A program made the translations under genes and the position numbers. Shown here piece by piece: positions 1 to 13,959 of a stretch of 45,651 bases of DNA. A model generated the notes under the pieces. It did no database searches and had not been told where the DNA came from. It worked only from the letters and a program-made list of their open reading frames with translations. This stretch comes from Seison nebaliae (lineage: Eukaryota): NCBI GenBank assembly GCA_023231475.1, contig JALJEE010002328.1, positions 124,001 through 169,651 of the forward strand, written 5' to 3'. How positions within the stretch are numbered: the stretch's first letter is position 1; every line of letters begins with the position of its first letter.

Positions 1-1078
1 TTTCTTTATGCTTTTGTGACTTTGGATGACCTTGACAACTATGAGAAGTTTTATGATCAGTTCCTTCTAATGATGTTTGATATTGTTGACAAGTTTCTTT
101 TTTCGATTGTTCCAATATATTCAATTCTCTATCTTCTTCTTCTTCTTCTCCGTCGACTCCTTCTATTCTATTATTCAAATTTGATTTTGAACTTCTATTT
201 TCATTATTCCACGATTCGTTAAAAGTTAATTGACATGGAGATGCGTTCGAATTTAGGGAGGATGTTACAGATGGCAGTAAATAATCGCTTCTATTCCGCT
301 TACTACACTTACTTCTGTCGACTGATGAGATATGTGACGATGTGCGATTACTTTTTTTCCTACTCGAATTGTTTCGTCGAAGAAATGAATTTCTTTTTGA
401 AGTTGTGGGTAAAGATATGGAAGATGATGTCGAAGGTGAACGATAAGATTCAGAGGACGGTGTTATTGATAACGAAGAATATCGTAAATGTGAGTTCTTT
501 ACCAAAGCTGAACAGGTCGATAACGGAATAGTTGTTTGTGTAGTTGTTGATGGTTCAGTTAATGACGAAGTGGACGATTGGAATGGAATGAAAATCGAAT
601 GATATTGAGGAGAACAACACCTTTCCAACAATTTATTTCTTCCAATCTTCCTACTCTTCTCCTTCTCTCGTTGTAATATGTCGTTTTCTTTATTTGAGAT
701 TTCTTTACGGGAAATATGCGATGCTCTATTACGTTTTCGATTATATTCTCCGTATCTCACGCTGTTCGATGAATGCAATAATTCTTTTGTTTGAGTAGAT
801 GGATAATACCTTTCTTCTAACTGATTTCTTCCTTTTCTATTTCTATTATTTGTCAGTTCGTAAAACTGATTTCTTTGGAGATTTGGTTCAAACTTATTCA
901 ATAAATATTTCTCGCAGGAACGCCAATGTAATTGTTTATTTTGGCAACTGCTTGAATGATTTGCTGATCTGTTGCTAACCTTGCTGCTCTTCGATAATGA
1001 CGAAAGTGAAGACAGATGTGATAAGCTTCGAGATGACGATGAAACGATAATCGACGGAATCACAACGGAATTATTACT

Positions 1079-1111
<33 letters not shown>

Positions 1112-1215
1112 GAATTTCAATCTCTTTTCCTTAATATGGTTCAAAATGCGCCGACGTCTGAGACGAAGTGTATTTTCCGGTTGGAAAACAAATTGTTCGG
1201 TAGCGAGATATTCGT
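1..1215 (-). CDS. Large internal exon (partial, runs off the left edge) of an unknown Ser/Asn/Arg-rich low-complexity protein
   Basis: About 405 stop-free codons on the minus strand (EYLATEQFVFQPENTLRLRRRR...poly-N...GVDGEEEEEDREL...), preceded by the acceptor-like tttttag at 1216-1222. It is absent from the ORF track because no stop falls inside the window. No recognisable domain. Confidence 0.7.
1069..1111. repeat. (TTA)n microsatellite encoding poly-Asn on the minus strand
   Basis: Directly visible imperfect att/tta run. Confidence 0.85.
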
Positions 1216-1765
1216 CTAAAAAATGAATAATTTAAAAATAAATTAATAATTTAGAAATTTCTTTAATATATTATTATGATGATGATTATGATTAATATAT
1301 TCATATTAGAAATCTTCATAATGAAACGACTCATCGTTTATTGATTCGGGAAAAAGACGAAATAGAATTTTTGAGAATAATAGTTTGAAGAAGGAAAAAA
1401 CTTTAGAAGAATTGTAAATATTTGAAATAATGAAATTTATTATCGAATAGTTTATGGATCATAATCATTCGAAATTTTTATTCACTACGATAACTAGAAG
1501 AAATTTCATAAACTTATCAACTTTATTCATATTTCTACAATCTAATTCATGTTTTCCTTTTTATGATTCACTCATTCTATATATTCACCACAAGACTCCG
1601 ATCTAAAAAGGATACATCGTCTCCTAATCCAAGATATTGGGAAAAGGAATAGACTGAATGATTCTTCGCATGGGAGAAGAAGAAAAAAGAGAGAAAAAGT
1701 TATTGGATTGAATTATTCATGAATTTATTCATAAATCTTTCTAATCGATTGAAGTGAGGTCATCC

Positions 1766-1962
1766 TTAAACTCCTTGAAAGTCGTCAATCGCTATTTTAC
1801 TACAATTATCTTTCCGAATTTTATTGAAAGGATGTCGATCTCTACTTTCAATATTTCGAAGTAATTCATACAAATGAAACATATAAGGAATTTGTTTTTT
1901 ATTCTTTATTATCAGCTGTTCATGCATTCTCATCGACGACTCTAGTCTCACCAATCGGTTGA
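1766..1962 (-). CDS. Possible upstream exon of the same gene
   Basis: Open frame NRLVRLESSMRMHEQ...IPYMFHLYELL...DDFQG between ccttttag and a gtttaa donor-like site. Its phase does not match the 1-1215 exon directly, so the linkage is unproven. Confidence 0.3.
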
Positions 1963-4900
1963 CTAAAAGGAAATTATTATGTGAACTATGTGGAAATGAA
2001 ACAACACTACAAGAAGGTGAGAGGAGAAGATAAGAAGAAGAATTTGTGTAATTACATTGAAAAGAATTGTTTTTCAATTATACTTATCAGGGTGATATTA
2101 TGAGATGAGATGAAATTAAACGAAATAAAACGAGATGAGATTGTTGATAATAGAAATATTTGTTAAGAAGAAAAAATGAAGCATTATAGATTGGATATGG
2201 ATATACGGATATCGAATGACCTCCACTCAAACGCCGCAAATGATAATTGTGTGAGATGATGTCAAAAGATATTTTTAAATGTTTTTTATTATTTTATATA
2301 TTATTCCTCTCATGCTTATAATCATTATTATTATTATTATTATTCATGTGTTTATCTGCTTATCATATTAAATTTTCTTGTTAACGAACTCCCATCGGAT
2401 TTTCAAGGTCGTTCGAAAATCCTGACTCGTATTAGCCTAACAAGATTAAATATTATTTAATAACTAATCATTTCTGGCTATATCTTCTTTTTGGGAAGTA
2501 AGAAAATGAATTATATTATTTGGAAGTATATATGTAAAATAAAGATCTCATTTCTAAATGTTTATCATTCTTACCATTCTCTAACAACAACAACAACAAC
2601 AACATAAATTCTAACAATATCGAACATATGGTTAGGAAATCAAGATGACTATTTATCTTTTAATGGATTTCTCTCGATGAAATGTTAAGTAACAATTCCA
2701 AAAGTTCTCCATTACTAAATTACACTCATCCTTCTTCATAATCAATTATAGTTCGATGTTGTCCTCATGAATTGGAGACATTGAAGTATCGATATTAATT
2801 ACATAAACTCTAATCAGTTCGACGTTATTTCCATATATTAATATTCAACATATACACATTTAGACGTATATAATGGTCCGATTAATAAATTTATTGAGAA
2901 AAACGATAGATTAATAATGTTCGAGGAAAAAAAGGAAGGAAATTGTTTAATATGTTAATTTGCTGCTTCTTCTGCTTTTACACCGTCCTTTCAACTACTT
3001 GCAGACAGGCCATCATCAATTATTTTATTTAATTGAATGGAGAATGAGTGGCAAATTATTCATTTTATTATTTGGCGACCTTTAAATATTATTTCATGTG
3101 ATGGACTCAAATTGAAAGAAGTGTGTTACATCAGCCGGAAGATATTGTTCCTTTCGGACTTGTGTTGACAATTTCAATAATTGTCCCTCATTCTCGCATC
3201 GATTACTTCGACTGTTATCCCATATACTGAAATATATATATAATATTAAATTTATAATAAGACTTATATAATATTCTTCTCATTTTAACCCTCAAGAATA
3301 TGCAGCACAAAATGTGTTTATAACAAAGTTATATGAATTACTTTCTCACCGATTAAAGGATGCATGTCGTTACTTTCGAACATAATGGTCCAATTGTGAG
3401 GGATTGGTCTGGATTAGAATCACTTATTCCTTATACTTTGGGCAGTACAATATCTTAACATTCGTTACGTATTTCTTACAATTTCGTACAATTAAGAAGA
3501 AAGAAAGAGAAAATTAGAAGCGAATGATTAAAGCTGATTTAGATGATAATGACGATGACAACGACAGAAAACGAGAAAAGAATCAAAAAAGTCCTTCGAC
3601 CTCTTCCTCTGCATTTTTATCTTCATTCTTTCGTTTTTCGTCATTCTATCAATTTGCTCTATGTCAAGCATTCTCCCTTTGTTCTTCATTGCATACATCA
3701 TATTAACGACGTCGTTATTGATGATAATTAATTTCAACGTCAATGTTACTATTCTCCTTAGCCACAATCAGTCTCTTATTAAATATATTATTCGTAATAT
3801 TATTATTCCCACACCAGTTTGTTGTCGTTCTCGTCGATGTTCTTATTACGATATCGTTAAATATGGAGGGTTCATAATAATATCTTCTAAATAATATGAA
3901 GAAAGTAGTAGTACATTTGAATATTTTAAATAGAAATTTTCATTTCCTAATAAATCATTCACTCTCCCCACACACTAACAATACTATAAACTTCCATTAC
4001 ACTGATTTTAATAATATTATTCTGGAGGAACATTAATTATTCTTCAGCACAGCGAAAAATATTGGATGAGAATGAACATTATCAATAACTAATTAGATTC
4101 GATTGCGTAGGAACCTCCATTTCTTTCTCCTATTTTCTTCACTCATTTTCTTTTAAAAGAGAATATCGAATTTTTCTTATTTGCATTTTCTTATTTGTTC
4201 TCATATTTCCGTACATATCAATTCGACTTCTATTCAAATCAATACAATTATACACTAGAATCTTCTAACAAGACTTTTTCAAATCTCGAAGTCGCTGATT
4301 TACTAACTAACTGACTGTGAGAGAACTAACTCGAGTTTCAGTCAAATTGATCGAAATATTACGAACACTAGTTTGTTGCATCATCATTGACTCAACTTAC
4401 TCTCGAAATGTCATTTGATGGTGATGTGTATTCATGAAAATGTAAAAGATTTGAAAAATTTTGTTGAAAATTTTTGAAAAAATAAAGAAAAATAAATGAT
4501 GATACTCATCGATATATTTGAAAAATAAACCTATGTAGCCGAAATGAAAGTTTTTTGAATAAATATTACCTCAAGGCTTTCTATAAGCGTAATGTGATGT
4601 GATGAATCCTGTCAATTTTAATGGATTAAGTTTGGCTAACAAAGCGGAACAGTTTCTTTACATTTTATTCTTATTCGTTTGCCATCGTCTTCAATTACTT
4701 TTCTCCATATCAGTAAACAGATTAGGATTTCTTATGCTCAAAATCTCATTTCCATTTTATTTTTTCTTATTTTTCTCATCTATGAACAAAAGTCGTTTGT
4801 TAATCATCTTATTTCTCAATAATTCTGCTTAAATAAAAATGGTGTAACCCTATTTTTAGCTTTCTCAAAAAAAATTTAAAATTCAACATCCTCCATTTGT

Positions 4901-7900
4901 TGGAATTAATGAATTTTTCATTATGAGATTATCGATGTTATCATAATCACATAATTTCAAATATTGAAAGTAAATCTAACTTCTGGTGTTAAAATATTTC
5001 TAATATTTCAATAAGTTATTGGAATAACTAACGTCGATCCATTTCATCAAAGCGATTGATAATTTTGATAATTGATTATTACATAAGAAAAATCCATAAT
5101 TTGAATTACAAATTTTTTTCAACGATTAAATTTCTATTTTTTCTGGTGGTAATGATCATAGTCAGTTGAACGTATCATAACAAAAAAGAAAGTACGTCAT
5201 TAGAAATTTGGAATATATTCCAAGTTAGTTTTACATTGTTGTCGAAATATCGAACATTATTTTAAAGGCTCTAATATGGGGAGAATAATAAGAACAATTT
5301 AGAGATTATATCAGATGTCCCATCTGTCACTTTCACTACGTGCTTTTTTTCCGTCAGTAACTTTCCGTCGTCCCGTTCAAACAAACAATTAAAATATTTC
5401 ATATGCCGAAATGACGTTAACGAAAGTGATGGGATTGGAAGGCAATGATGAAGGATAAAAACAGAGATATCTTACTCGCAGGAAATTTGACTATCCCATC
5501 GATGAACTCAAGATTGAGGACAAGATTCGAATTGAGAAAGAAATACAAATTAAATTGATATTTCATTCGAAATTACGAATGCATTTATATGATCAAATAT
5601 CAAAATGAGGAAATAATAAGGAGAAATTTAATAAGAAGAAATTGAATGAGTAACTAACCGATGTTCATGATCGTTTATAATTCCATTGAAACATCTCTAT
5701 TTTTTGATTGTTTATTTATTCAAGTTTCGTAAAATGGCCTTCTTCGCTAGTTTCTTTCGTTCTTCTTTTTATTTCATTTCGTCCAATTACCAGTATTATA
5801 TCATTTTGTTCTTTCTCTAATGTCAGACAAGTCATTCATCATATCTGCCATATACAAAACATATCATCATTCCACTTATTGAAAACGTCGTTGGTGCTGA
5901 TACTTTTCTATTTTTTATTTGGATTTTCCTTCCTCCAAAATTGTTCAAGTATTTTCTATATATTCGCCATCTCACTTATTTCAAGAAGCAATGATTCAAA
6001 TGTGGAAATATCTAATACAGAAGTTAAAGAAAGAAAGAAGTATGATATTACAACAATTATCCATCATTAGATTATCAATTAAATGAATAAGATTGAATAA
6101 CAAGTAGGAATCTATTAAGTTTCCAATAATCATATAACGGATTGACAGAAAGATTTTTTTTTGAACTGGGTTTAAAAAATGTGTATTTCTATAGGATTCC
6201 TGTAATAGGAAAAAAAAGTTTAAACTGTTTATTCCAACCGATTTAATTGAAATAATTGTGAAATAAAATTGAAAGAATAAAAACGGAAATATTGGGATGA
6301 TGGTAGGTATTAAATATAAATTTAAAATGATAATATTATAAAGTTGTGCGTATTGAATGTCACTTATATATTTACCCCAATTATGTAAATTTAACTTATT
6401 CTCAGCTGTTTATATTAATTGATAGTCTTATCATTTTCATTAACTTTATACGTGTTGAGAGCCTCACCGGAAAATTTGTTATGAACGACATCTCGCTTAA
6501 ACAAATAGAAGGTAGGAGAAGGTTATTGAACAAATTTTTTACATTATTTTCATTCGGAATTATACAACTGTGAATCGAATTGAGTCTTAGATATTAGGTA
6601 TTAGGCCTTATGAAACAATTAAAGAAGAAAAGTGCATGAAATTGAGTTATTTCCTTAGGTCATTCCGAATGACTCATTCGTATGATACAGCTCCTAATAT
6701 TCATGAAATTGAATGAATGGACAGAAAGAAATTATTCTCTAATAACGATCCTTTTATCTCTTGTATCGGGGGAAGAATAGACTACTGCTCTTCTAACATG
6801 ACGCATCTATTTCTCTTTTATCGTTAATCAACCATATTCCGATGGAAATAATAGGAACAAAAAAAAATTGATTAATTAATTTTCACAGATTTATCATTTG
6901 GTGGATGATATTATTTATGATGATCATGGCGGACTAACTAGAATGTATCGACAAGAAATTCATAGTCAACTGTCAAAGAAACATAACCAATAAATAGTCA
7001 TTTTTCACATAATGAAAATAATATGCATAAATAAAAAGGCAATAATAAGAAAAACAATGACATATGGTTAGTCCGGATTCCATTACTGCCATAATCCTGC
7101 TTTTATAGATGAATTTTTAAACGATTAGAGAAATGAAAAGAATTCAAATTTGGAGAGAGTATCATCAATTGTCCTTTCATAGAAACTTGACAAAGAAAAT
7201 TCTCTTCCAATTGAAATATGCGGCAAAGAATTAATTTTTTTAAAAGATTAGAAGATTTAATATTAAAAAGAATACATAAATTTAATTCACCAACAATATA
7301 ATGTTTTAAGTTATTATAACAATTTTTTAATTATTACGCAGCAGAACAATATTAGTGCAATCATTAAACAAATATTTCACATGAATATATCCCAATACAT
7401 CTCTCACACATACTGAGAGCACGTGTATATATATATGAAAAACATAACCTAAATCGAAAATAATCGAGCAACGTCAGAATAATAAAGAAAGTACCCATTA
7501 TTTTCCTACTAAATTTATTAATCAGTCTGTACATAAATTTATCCTGTTCTTTTAAAATATGCTGACCCTATTGTATAAATAGAAATAACAACAATAAGCA
7601 AATGTTTGAAATCAGTTTTTTTCAATATTATAAACTGAGAAATCTAACATATTTTTTTGAATTACATTTTATTAGAATATTTGGAATAAAAATAATGAAT
7701 AATTTTAAAGATGAAATTCAATTTCAGAAATTGTAAAACAAAATCAGATAAAACAAATGAAATCAAATTAAAAATATTAAGCAATCTGATTTTGCTACAT
7801 GAAGAAAACATGTTGATTTATCTAAAATTAATCTAAGAAGAAAATTAACATGCGGAATGTAATTTGATAAATTACGGCGGATGAGATATTTACGAAAGTT

Positions 7901-8057
7901 AAAGGAAATGAAATAACTTTCTTTTCATAAAATATTGCCCTTCTACATTCCTATGTAATATTATCATAATTTTGCCATAGTCCACTATTTATTTAATTAA
8001 AGGAGTTTTTTCGATTGCCAAGATTTTCTCCATCCTATATATAATTTTCGAATAAAC

Positions 8058-8640
8058 AGCGATTAGCTCACTCCCCAAAACGGTTATTTCCTCTCTCTCT
8101 TGTTACATTATGGAATATTTCTCACTGTTATTCCTTTCCGTGGTTTCCTCACCGATTTTTCCAATTCGGACTTTTCCTCATCCTATTGTATATTAAACGG
8201 AAAATTCCTCATTTAATCTTTTAACATTATTGTCAAAACATTATAATACTATCATTATATTTAACATCTTCAATTTTTTTGCTCACAACATTTATTTAAC
8301 GTTAAAAACCTGTGTTGATTCTTTTCAGAATTTTTGAAATTAATCTTTATAATAACTTGATATTATTAGTAGATAACATATATACATAATATCACATTGT
8401 AATAAAAGAGTAAAAGAAAATTAAAACATATAGTGGCAATAACTAAATCGAATATCTAAATATTAGAATGAGACAATTTCTATAATAAAAAAATAACGAG
8501 TACATAATTGGGTGAGGAAAATTCTTTCTTGGAAGAATTGGTGACGAAATGAGGAAAAGAATAAGTGACGAATTTTCCATAATGTAAAAAGTGAGGGAAC
8601 AAACGACGTTTTTGGAGGAATGAAGAAACCAGCGTTTCCC
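8058..8640. repeat. Diverged inverted repeat pair (arms about 8058-8190 and 8507-8640); foldback or MITE-like
   Basis: Left arm ttacattatggaatatttctcac...tttcctcaccgat...ttttcctcatcctatt aligns to the reverse complement of the right arm ttacattatggaaaattcgtcac...tttcgtcaccaat...ttttcctcacccaatt. Confidence 0.65.
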
Positions 8641-8783
8641 TATTTTTTTGGACTATTTTGCTTACACTTTAATATTTTGTTACGTTGATAAAAAGTCAGC
8701 GATTCGTGTTTTCCCACATAGTATCACTTTCTACAATATCATATTCTACAAATTTCGATATATTTATATATATATATATATAT

Positions 8784-8936
8784 CGAGTCTAGGACATAAG
8801 AGCCACGCAGACTTTGATTTTCTGAAATTTATTGATTTTTAGGAGTATATAGCTACACAGCTGTATAGGATTGTTATGTCTGGATTTTTGTTTTCCAAAA
8901 TTTACAGAGTCTCGTGGCTCTTATGTCCTTCTCCCA
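8784..8936. mobile_element. MITE (non-autonomous TIR element, Tc1/mariner-like TA context)
   Basis: TIR aggacataagagccacgcagactttg (8791-8816) against cagagtctcgtggctcttatgtcct (8905-8929), flanked on both sides by (TA)n. Confidence 0.8.
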
Positions 8937-11900
8937 TATATATCAACAGCAACAAAAGAAAAAATATAATAATACATGTTTGTTATTTTAATGATTGAGA
9001 ATACATGAAATATTGACGAGATATGCATACATCTTTCTATTTACTATTCGATGACCTTGATACAAAGAGAAGGAGATGATAGCAACAGCCATTGTTAGGA
9101 AGATTTTGCGGATAATAATTTCAAATATTAATCATTCCATATCATCCCAATAGAAATTATCAAACTTGTTCCCACGAATAACACCTTCTCATCTGTCTAC
9201 CTTAACACATACAATCTAGATTATAGATGCAATACTAAACAATTTCAAATTACACACTTACTCCAATTAAAGAACTAATTAACAGTTTTCTTTAACAAGT
9301 TTAACGTAGAAAAAATTATAAAACGACCTTCACTTTTACATCGATAATGCTTTTTATTATAATTATTATAATAAAATGGAAAATTTGATATACTTTAAAA
9401 ACTACCTGATGTAATTTCTACTCAGACTCTCTTCTTCGATTCGTTATTCTGTTCGAAAGGCACTTTATTAATTAATAATGGAGCATTAACTGTATTCGAC
9501 CTACACAAAAAACCGAATGCATTCAGTATAAAAAATACTGAACTTCCGTCACTTATTCAATTTTTTATGAACATTTCTGCTTCTTCATTAGAACTATGGG
9601 AGTAATTCAGAATCTGGAGAAACTAAATTCAGTTAACTTATGACATAATAAAAATTATAAAAAATGATTTTTTAAAACAATTCTTTTTTTGAATTAATTT
9701 ATAAATTAATCACCGATTAATAATCATTGCGATTGAGGTGATCAACGTTTAATAAGAGAAAATTTAAATGGAATTTTTCTTTCTTCCACTAGATATATTT
9801 CATGGCATTATACAAATTAAAGAAACGAACAAAAGAATACAATAAAATGATTTGATGCTTGATAAATCTGATGAATATTAGGAGAAGATAATTCTAATTT
9901 TTATAATTGCTGATAACAAGTCCAGTTTTATCATTGAACTACCAGCACAGGTAAACGGCAATAAAAAAAAGGAAGAAAAAATATGACAATAATTATGTAT
10001 ATTTGAAGTTGGTAGTTATATAAAATTTTGATTTAATGCTTTCCATGATACATGTTGATGTATCCTAATGATGGATAAACTACTTTCGACAATAACAATT
10101 TTTACGTAAGAGAAACTTCTAATATTTATAATGTCAGACAATGTCATGGCCAAACCAGAAAAGACTTTGCAACATTTTACATGAAAAATTTTGATAGTTT
10201 ACCAATCGATCCAATCATTTATTGAATTACGTTTGTCATTCCCAAATATGAAATTTTAAAACTTGTAAACACTTTGAACAGTTCTTCTCAAAATCATAAG
10301 AGAATATTTTTCTTTATCAAACAAAGTATTTGGTTTCTGAACCCAAATTTCTCTACACTCTTCCTAAATGTCATTCTATTTTCTCCAAATTCTTCGAACT
10401 TCGCTCAAATTATGAGGAATTCTAAAATTAGTAAATGTTTAATAATAATTCTTTTAAGAAAAATCAAAATGAACGGAAAATATATTAAGGCGGAGCAAAA
10501 AATTTTCCGTGAGTTTTTCGACTGGTTGCATTTTCATAAATTATGATGCAGTTAAAATCATTAGAATTAATTTGTTTCTTTCATTTCAATTATTCAGTAG
10601 ATAATATAAGTCATAAAATAACATTATATAATGCAGATGGAAAGTCGTCATATGTATAAGTAAACTTAATATTAAACGATTAACATGAGAAATGAATGAT
10701 ATTAGATCAATGTCAAAAAATGAGATAATGACTAGTAGAAGGAAAATGGAGTAGAAAGTAGTCAATTCGAAATATAACGGATAAATACACCAAATAAACT
10801 AAAGAATTATATATAAGTTGGTTTTCTACACATTTCTTCAAAATTATATCTATCATTTACTCACATAATTATTTGTCCATTACTTATAGTTGTTCATTGG
10901 ACATGATGTTGATATTGATTCAACAAATTCTTCAACAATAAATAAAATAAATATTTTTTTTACTTTCCTTCGAAACATTGAATCATTGGAAGATTATCAT
11001 TGATGTTTATTCAATTTAATCATTATATTAATTGATCGATCTAATGTGATTAAATTATATTAGAATAATTTTCACAAACGAAAAAAAGAAAAACACTTTT
11101 TTTAAAACAATAACTAAATAATGCAAAGCATATCCCTAATAGGGATTCCCTATTATCGTACTGATCAATTTGTATATCACGTGAACATTAAACACAATTG
11201 TATCGCAGTAAAGATAAACTGGATTCTATATTTTGTGAAGCACAGTAAATGTAGGAAAGGAGTGTAAGGTATAATCATTCAGTAATGATAAGAAGAAAAT
11301 CTATTCTAACGTTACTATAGTGATGATGGTTTCTTTCTTCTTCTCCATGAGTTATTGAGGAATCAGCGTATTTTAGATTCTTATTCGTTGTCAAAGCAAT
11401 ATTCCAGTAAATGTAATATTTGCTCGATTACAAATTATTCATCTTTCTCCTATTAAATTTCTCGATGTTCAACTGTTTCGATAGAAGAAAACTTTACCAC
11501 TTTCGCTATTAGAAAACTAACTTCAGTTATTTATTGATTAAAAAATAAATATGTTGCGGACCAATAGAAAAAATGAATAATACTTGTACGAAATAATTAT
11601 AATTCTAAGTAATTTCTCTAAGCAACAACAATAAATTTCCTATAATGTTCAACTTATTCATCTACTTCTAGTTAATATGTTAGAAGGAATGATTTCCCTC
11701 ACACTAGAATTATTTCCATAATTTCATCATGGAAGGTTACTTAAGATCATTTTCTATATTCATTCTTACTCAATAGTAGTGCTATAGATTCTATAGTATA
11801 GAATTATTTATTTCATCGTAGGTTTATTTTCACATTATCCTAAATCGATATTATATTATCTAAAAATCTGATGATATTCTTCAAATTACATTAGAACCAC

Positions 11901-13226
11901 ATAAAATTCTTGAATAATCCTTCTATCAATTCGGTTCGAAATTTTTTCATATATCCGAAATATAATACGTGTAAATTCTTATTATGACCGTGAAAGAATC
12001 AATGTCAAATAACTAAACAAACTTTTAGACATTATGATGACAACGGTGTAATCATGTTATAAGCATCATATAAGCAATATATTTAACAAATGTTAACAAA
12101 CAAATATATTATCTCACTGTTCTCACTGGAATTCCGGCAACTAAACATAATTTCTCCATTCTATACCAAATTGCATCCAAATTGTTGAAATGACAATCTA
12201 GTATGTAATTTAGATTTCTATTAATAAGATCATACATAATTAGACCAGTAAAAAAATTAGTGACATTAATTTCATGTCAGATTAGTACAATAGATCAATT
12301 AATTCATCAATATTACTGCTCGAAAAGAACTAGTTTTCAAAATAGAAACTTTTTTCATTTAAGCCTAGAAATTTTAATACATATATCAACTGAAAGTTTA
12401 AAGTCGAGATAAAAACTCAATAAAAACTAACAAAAGAACTTGTAAGGCTTGTTTATACTATAAACTTGAGATTTGAGCTTCGAACTTAACTAGACTCTTT
12501 ATAAATATATTGTTTTATTCTTCACTATCAGTTAATCTTTCTTTTCATAAATCACAGTAATTTGCAGTCAACGTTTTGAAAGCAATCGTTAGTTTAATTA
12601 TGATGATTTAAGTTTAGAATTTCAAACAAAAAGTCTTTAATGAGCTTTTATAAAGTTTTTATTTTTAAGTTTCAACTCACCGTTTAATTTCGACAATAAT
12701 CGTACCAAAATTTAAATTATTTCAACGCAATATCGAGAAACAAGTTTAAACTTTTTACGTTCTTTGTGCCGGGCTTTGAAAACCCTACTTGGGAACCTTA
12801 ATTTCGATAACGACAGTAATTACAAATAACTCTAACAATGCTAATACCAACTTGTAAGTAAATTGTCGGTGAAAATGTATATTGAAAGAAATCTTTGTTT
12901 TTTGAAGATATAAGCTTTGTTCATTCGTTTGTTCATAACACTTGACATTGAGCATTTATAAATGAAATGATGAGAAAAAAAAGTTTAGTTGAATTAAGCT
13001 TATGAGAGTAAGAATTTTAAAATTAGGAAATTTAGTAAATTTTTCCAAAATAAAATAGTTTCAACAGAAGCAAGCTAAACCTTTGAATTTTAGTGAATTT
13101 GATAAGAAAATGAAGCAAAATGCGATACTAAATTGAATTCCAAATCACCAATTCACGTTTTCAATTCACATAGAAATTAAATAAAAATTAAATTGAGATT
13201 TGTATCTTAAATTTCATCCAAAGATT

Positions 13227-13829
13227 ATGAGTGAAACTATTGCCACAAGTCGATTCATCAATGCTAATAGAGCACTAACACCGGAAGAGGAGAAAATTTC
13301 TGGTCATCTCAGTGTAATTGGGGAACCAGACAAATCTCCAGTCAATGTATCTGAATTGAAGATAGTGAAAGTCAAATCATTCGATTTAGATACGAACCGA
13401 AAAGCTTACGTAATTTTCGTTCCATATCCACAACTCCGTGAATATCAGGCAGTGCATACTCATCTGATTCGTCAGTTGGAGAAGAAGATGACAGGTGTCC
13501 ATGTATTGATTGTTGGACATCGAAACATTGAAAGACGACCAATGCCGAAACGAAGGAATGCAAAACAGAAACGACCAAGAAATCGAACATTGACTTCAGT
13601 TCATGATGCATATTTGGCTGATATCTGCTACCCTGCCGATATTGTTGGAAGACGTATTCGAGTGAAATCTGACAAGAAACGTTTGATGAAAATTCATTTG
13701 GATATTGGAGAACGGACAAATGTCGAACATAAATTGGATACTTTTCAAAATGTCTACAAGAATTTAACGGGAAAAGATGTCGAATTCGAATTTCCTGAAG
13801 TATATCTTGAGAATAAGAAATCTGGTTAA
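13227..13829 (+). CDS. RPS7: 40S ribosomal protein S7 (eS7), intronless CDS
   Basis: Motifs RKAYVIFVP, LIRQLEKK, KQKRPRNRTLTSVHDA, IVGRRIRVK, VEHKLDTF, YKNLTGKDVEFEFPE. First ATG at 13227. Confidence 0.97.
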   Translation: MSETIATSRFINANRALTPEEEKISGHLSVIGEPDKSPVNVSELKIVKVKSFDLDTNRKAYVIFVPYPQLREYQAVHTHLIRQLEKKMTGVHVLIVGHRNIERRPMPKRRNAKQKRPRNRTLTSVHDAYLADICYPADIVGRRIRVKSDKKRLMKIHLDIGERTNVEHKLDTFQNVYKNLTGKDVEFEFPEVYLENKKSG

Positions 13830-13959
13830 ATTAGTGAATTTTATTTTCAAATTAAATTTTGTTTCTAATAAAATAAATATGAATTACGAAACTCTTTAAG
13901 AGCATGTCAATCTTTTTGAGAATTTAGAAGAATTTTATTTTGAGAAACAATAAATTCAA

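Noticed and set aside
16..1226. Plus-strand ORFs 16-222, 235-531 and 972-1226
   Set aside because: Antisense shadows of the stop-free minus-strand exon.
1850..1895. TGF-beta/BMP prodomain-like PYMFHLY
   Set aside because: The motif is too short and no cystine-knot region is present in the window.
2080..2095. U1 snRNA-like 5' end (atacttatcaggg)
   Set aside because: No U1 stem-loops or Sm site follow.
12967..13100. Box C motif (atgatga) upstream of RPS7
   Set aside because: No matching box D or terminal stem at a plausible distance.
2100..13100. Short ORFs of 60-120 aa across the gene-poor region
   Set aside because: Phe/Ile/Leu-rich translations typical of random AT-rich DNA, with no consistent exon chain found.
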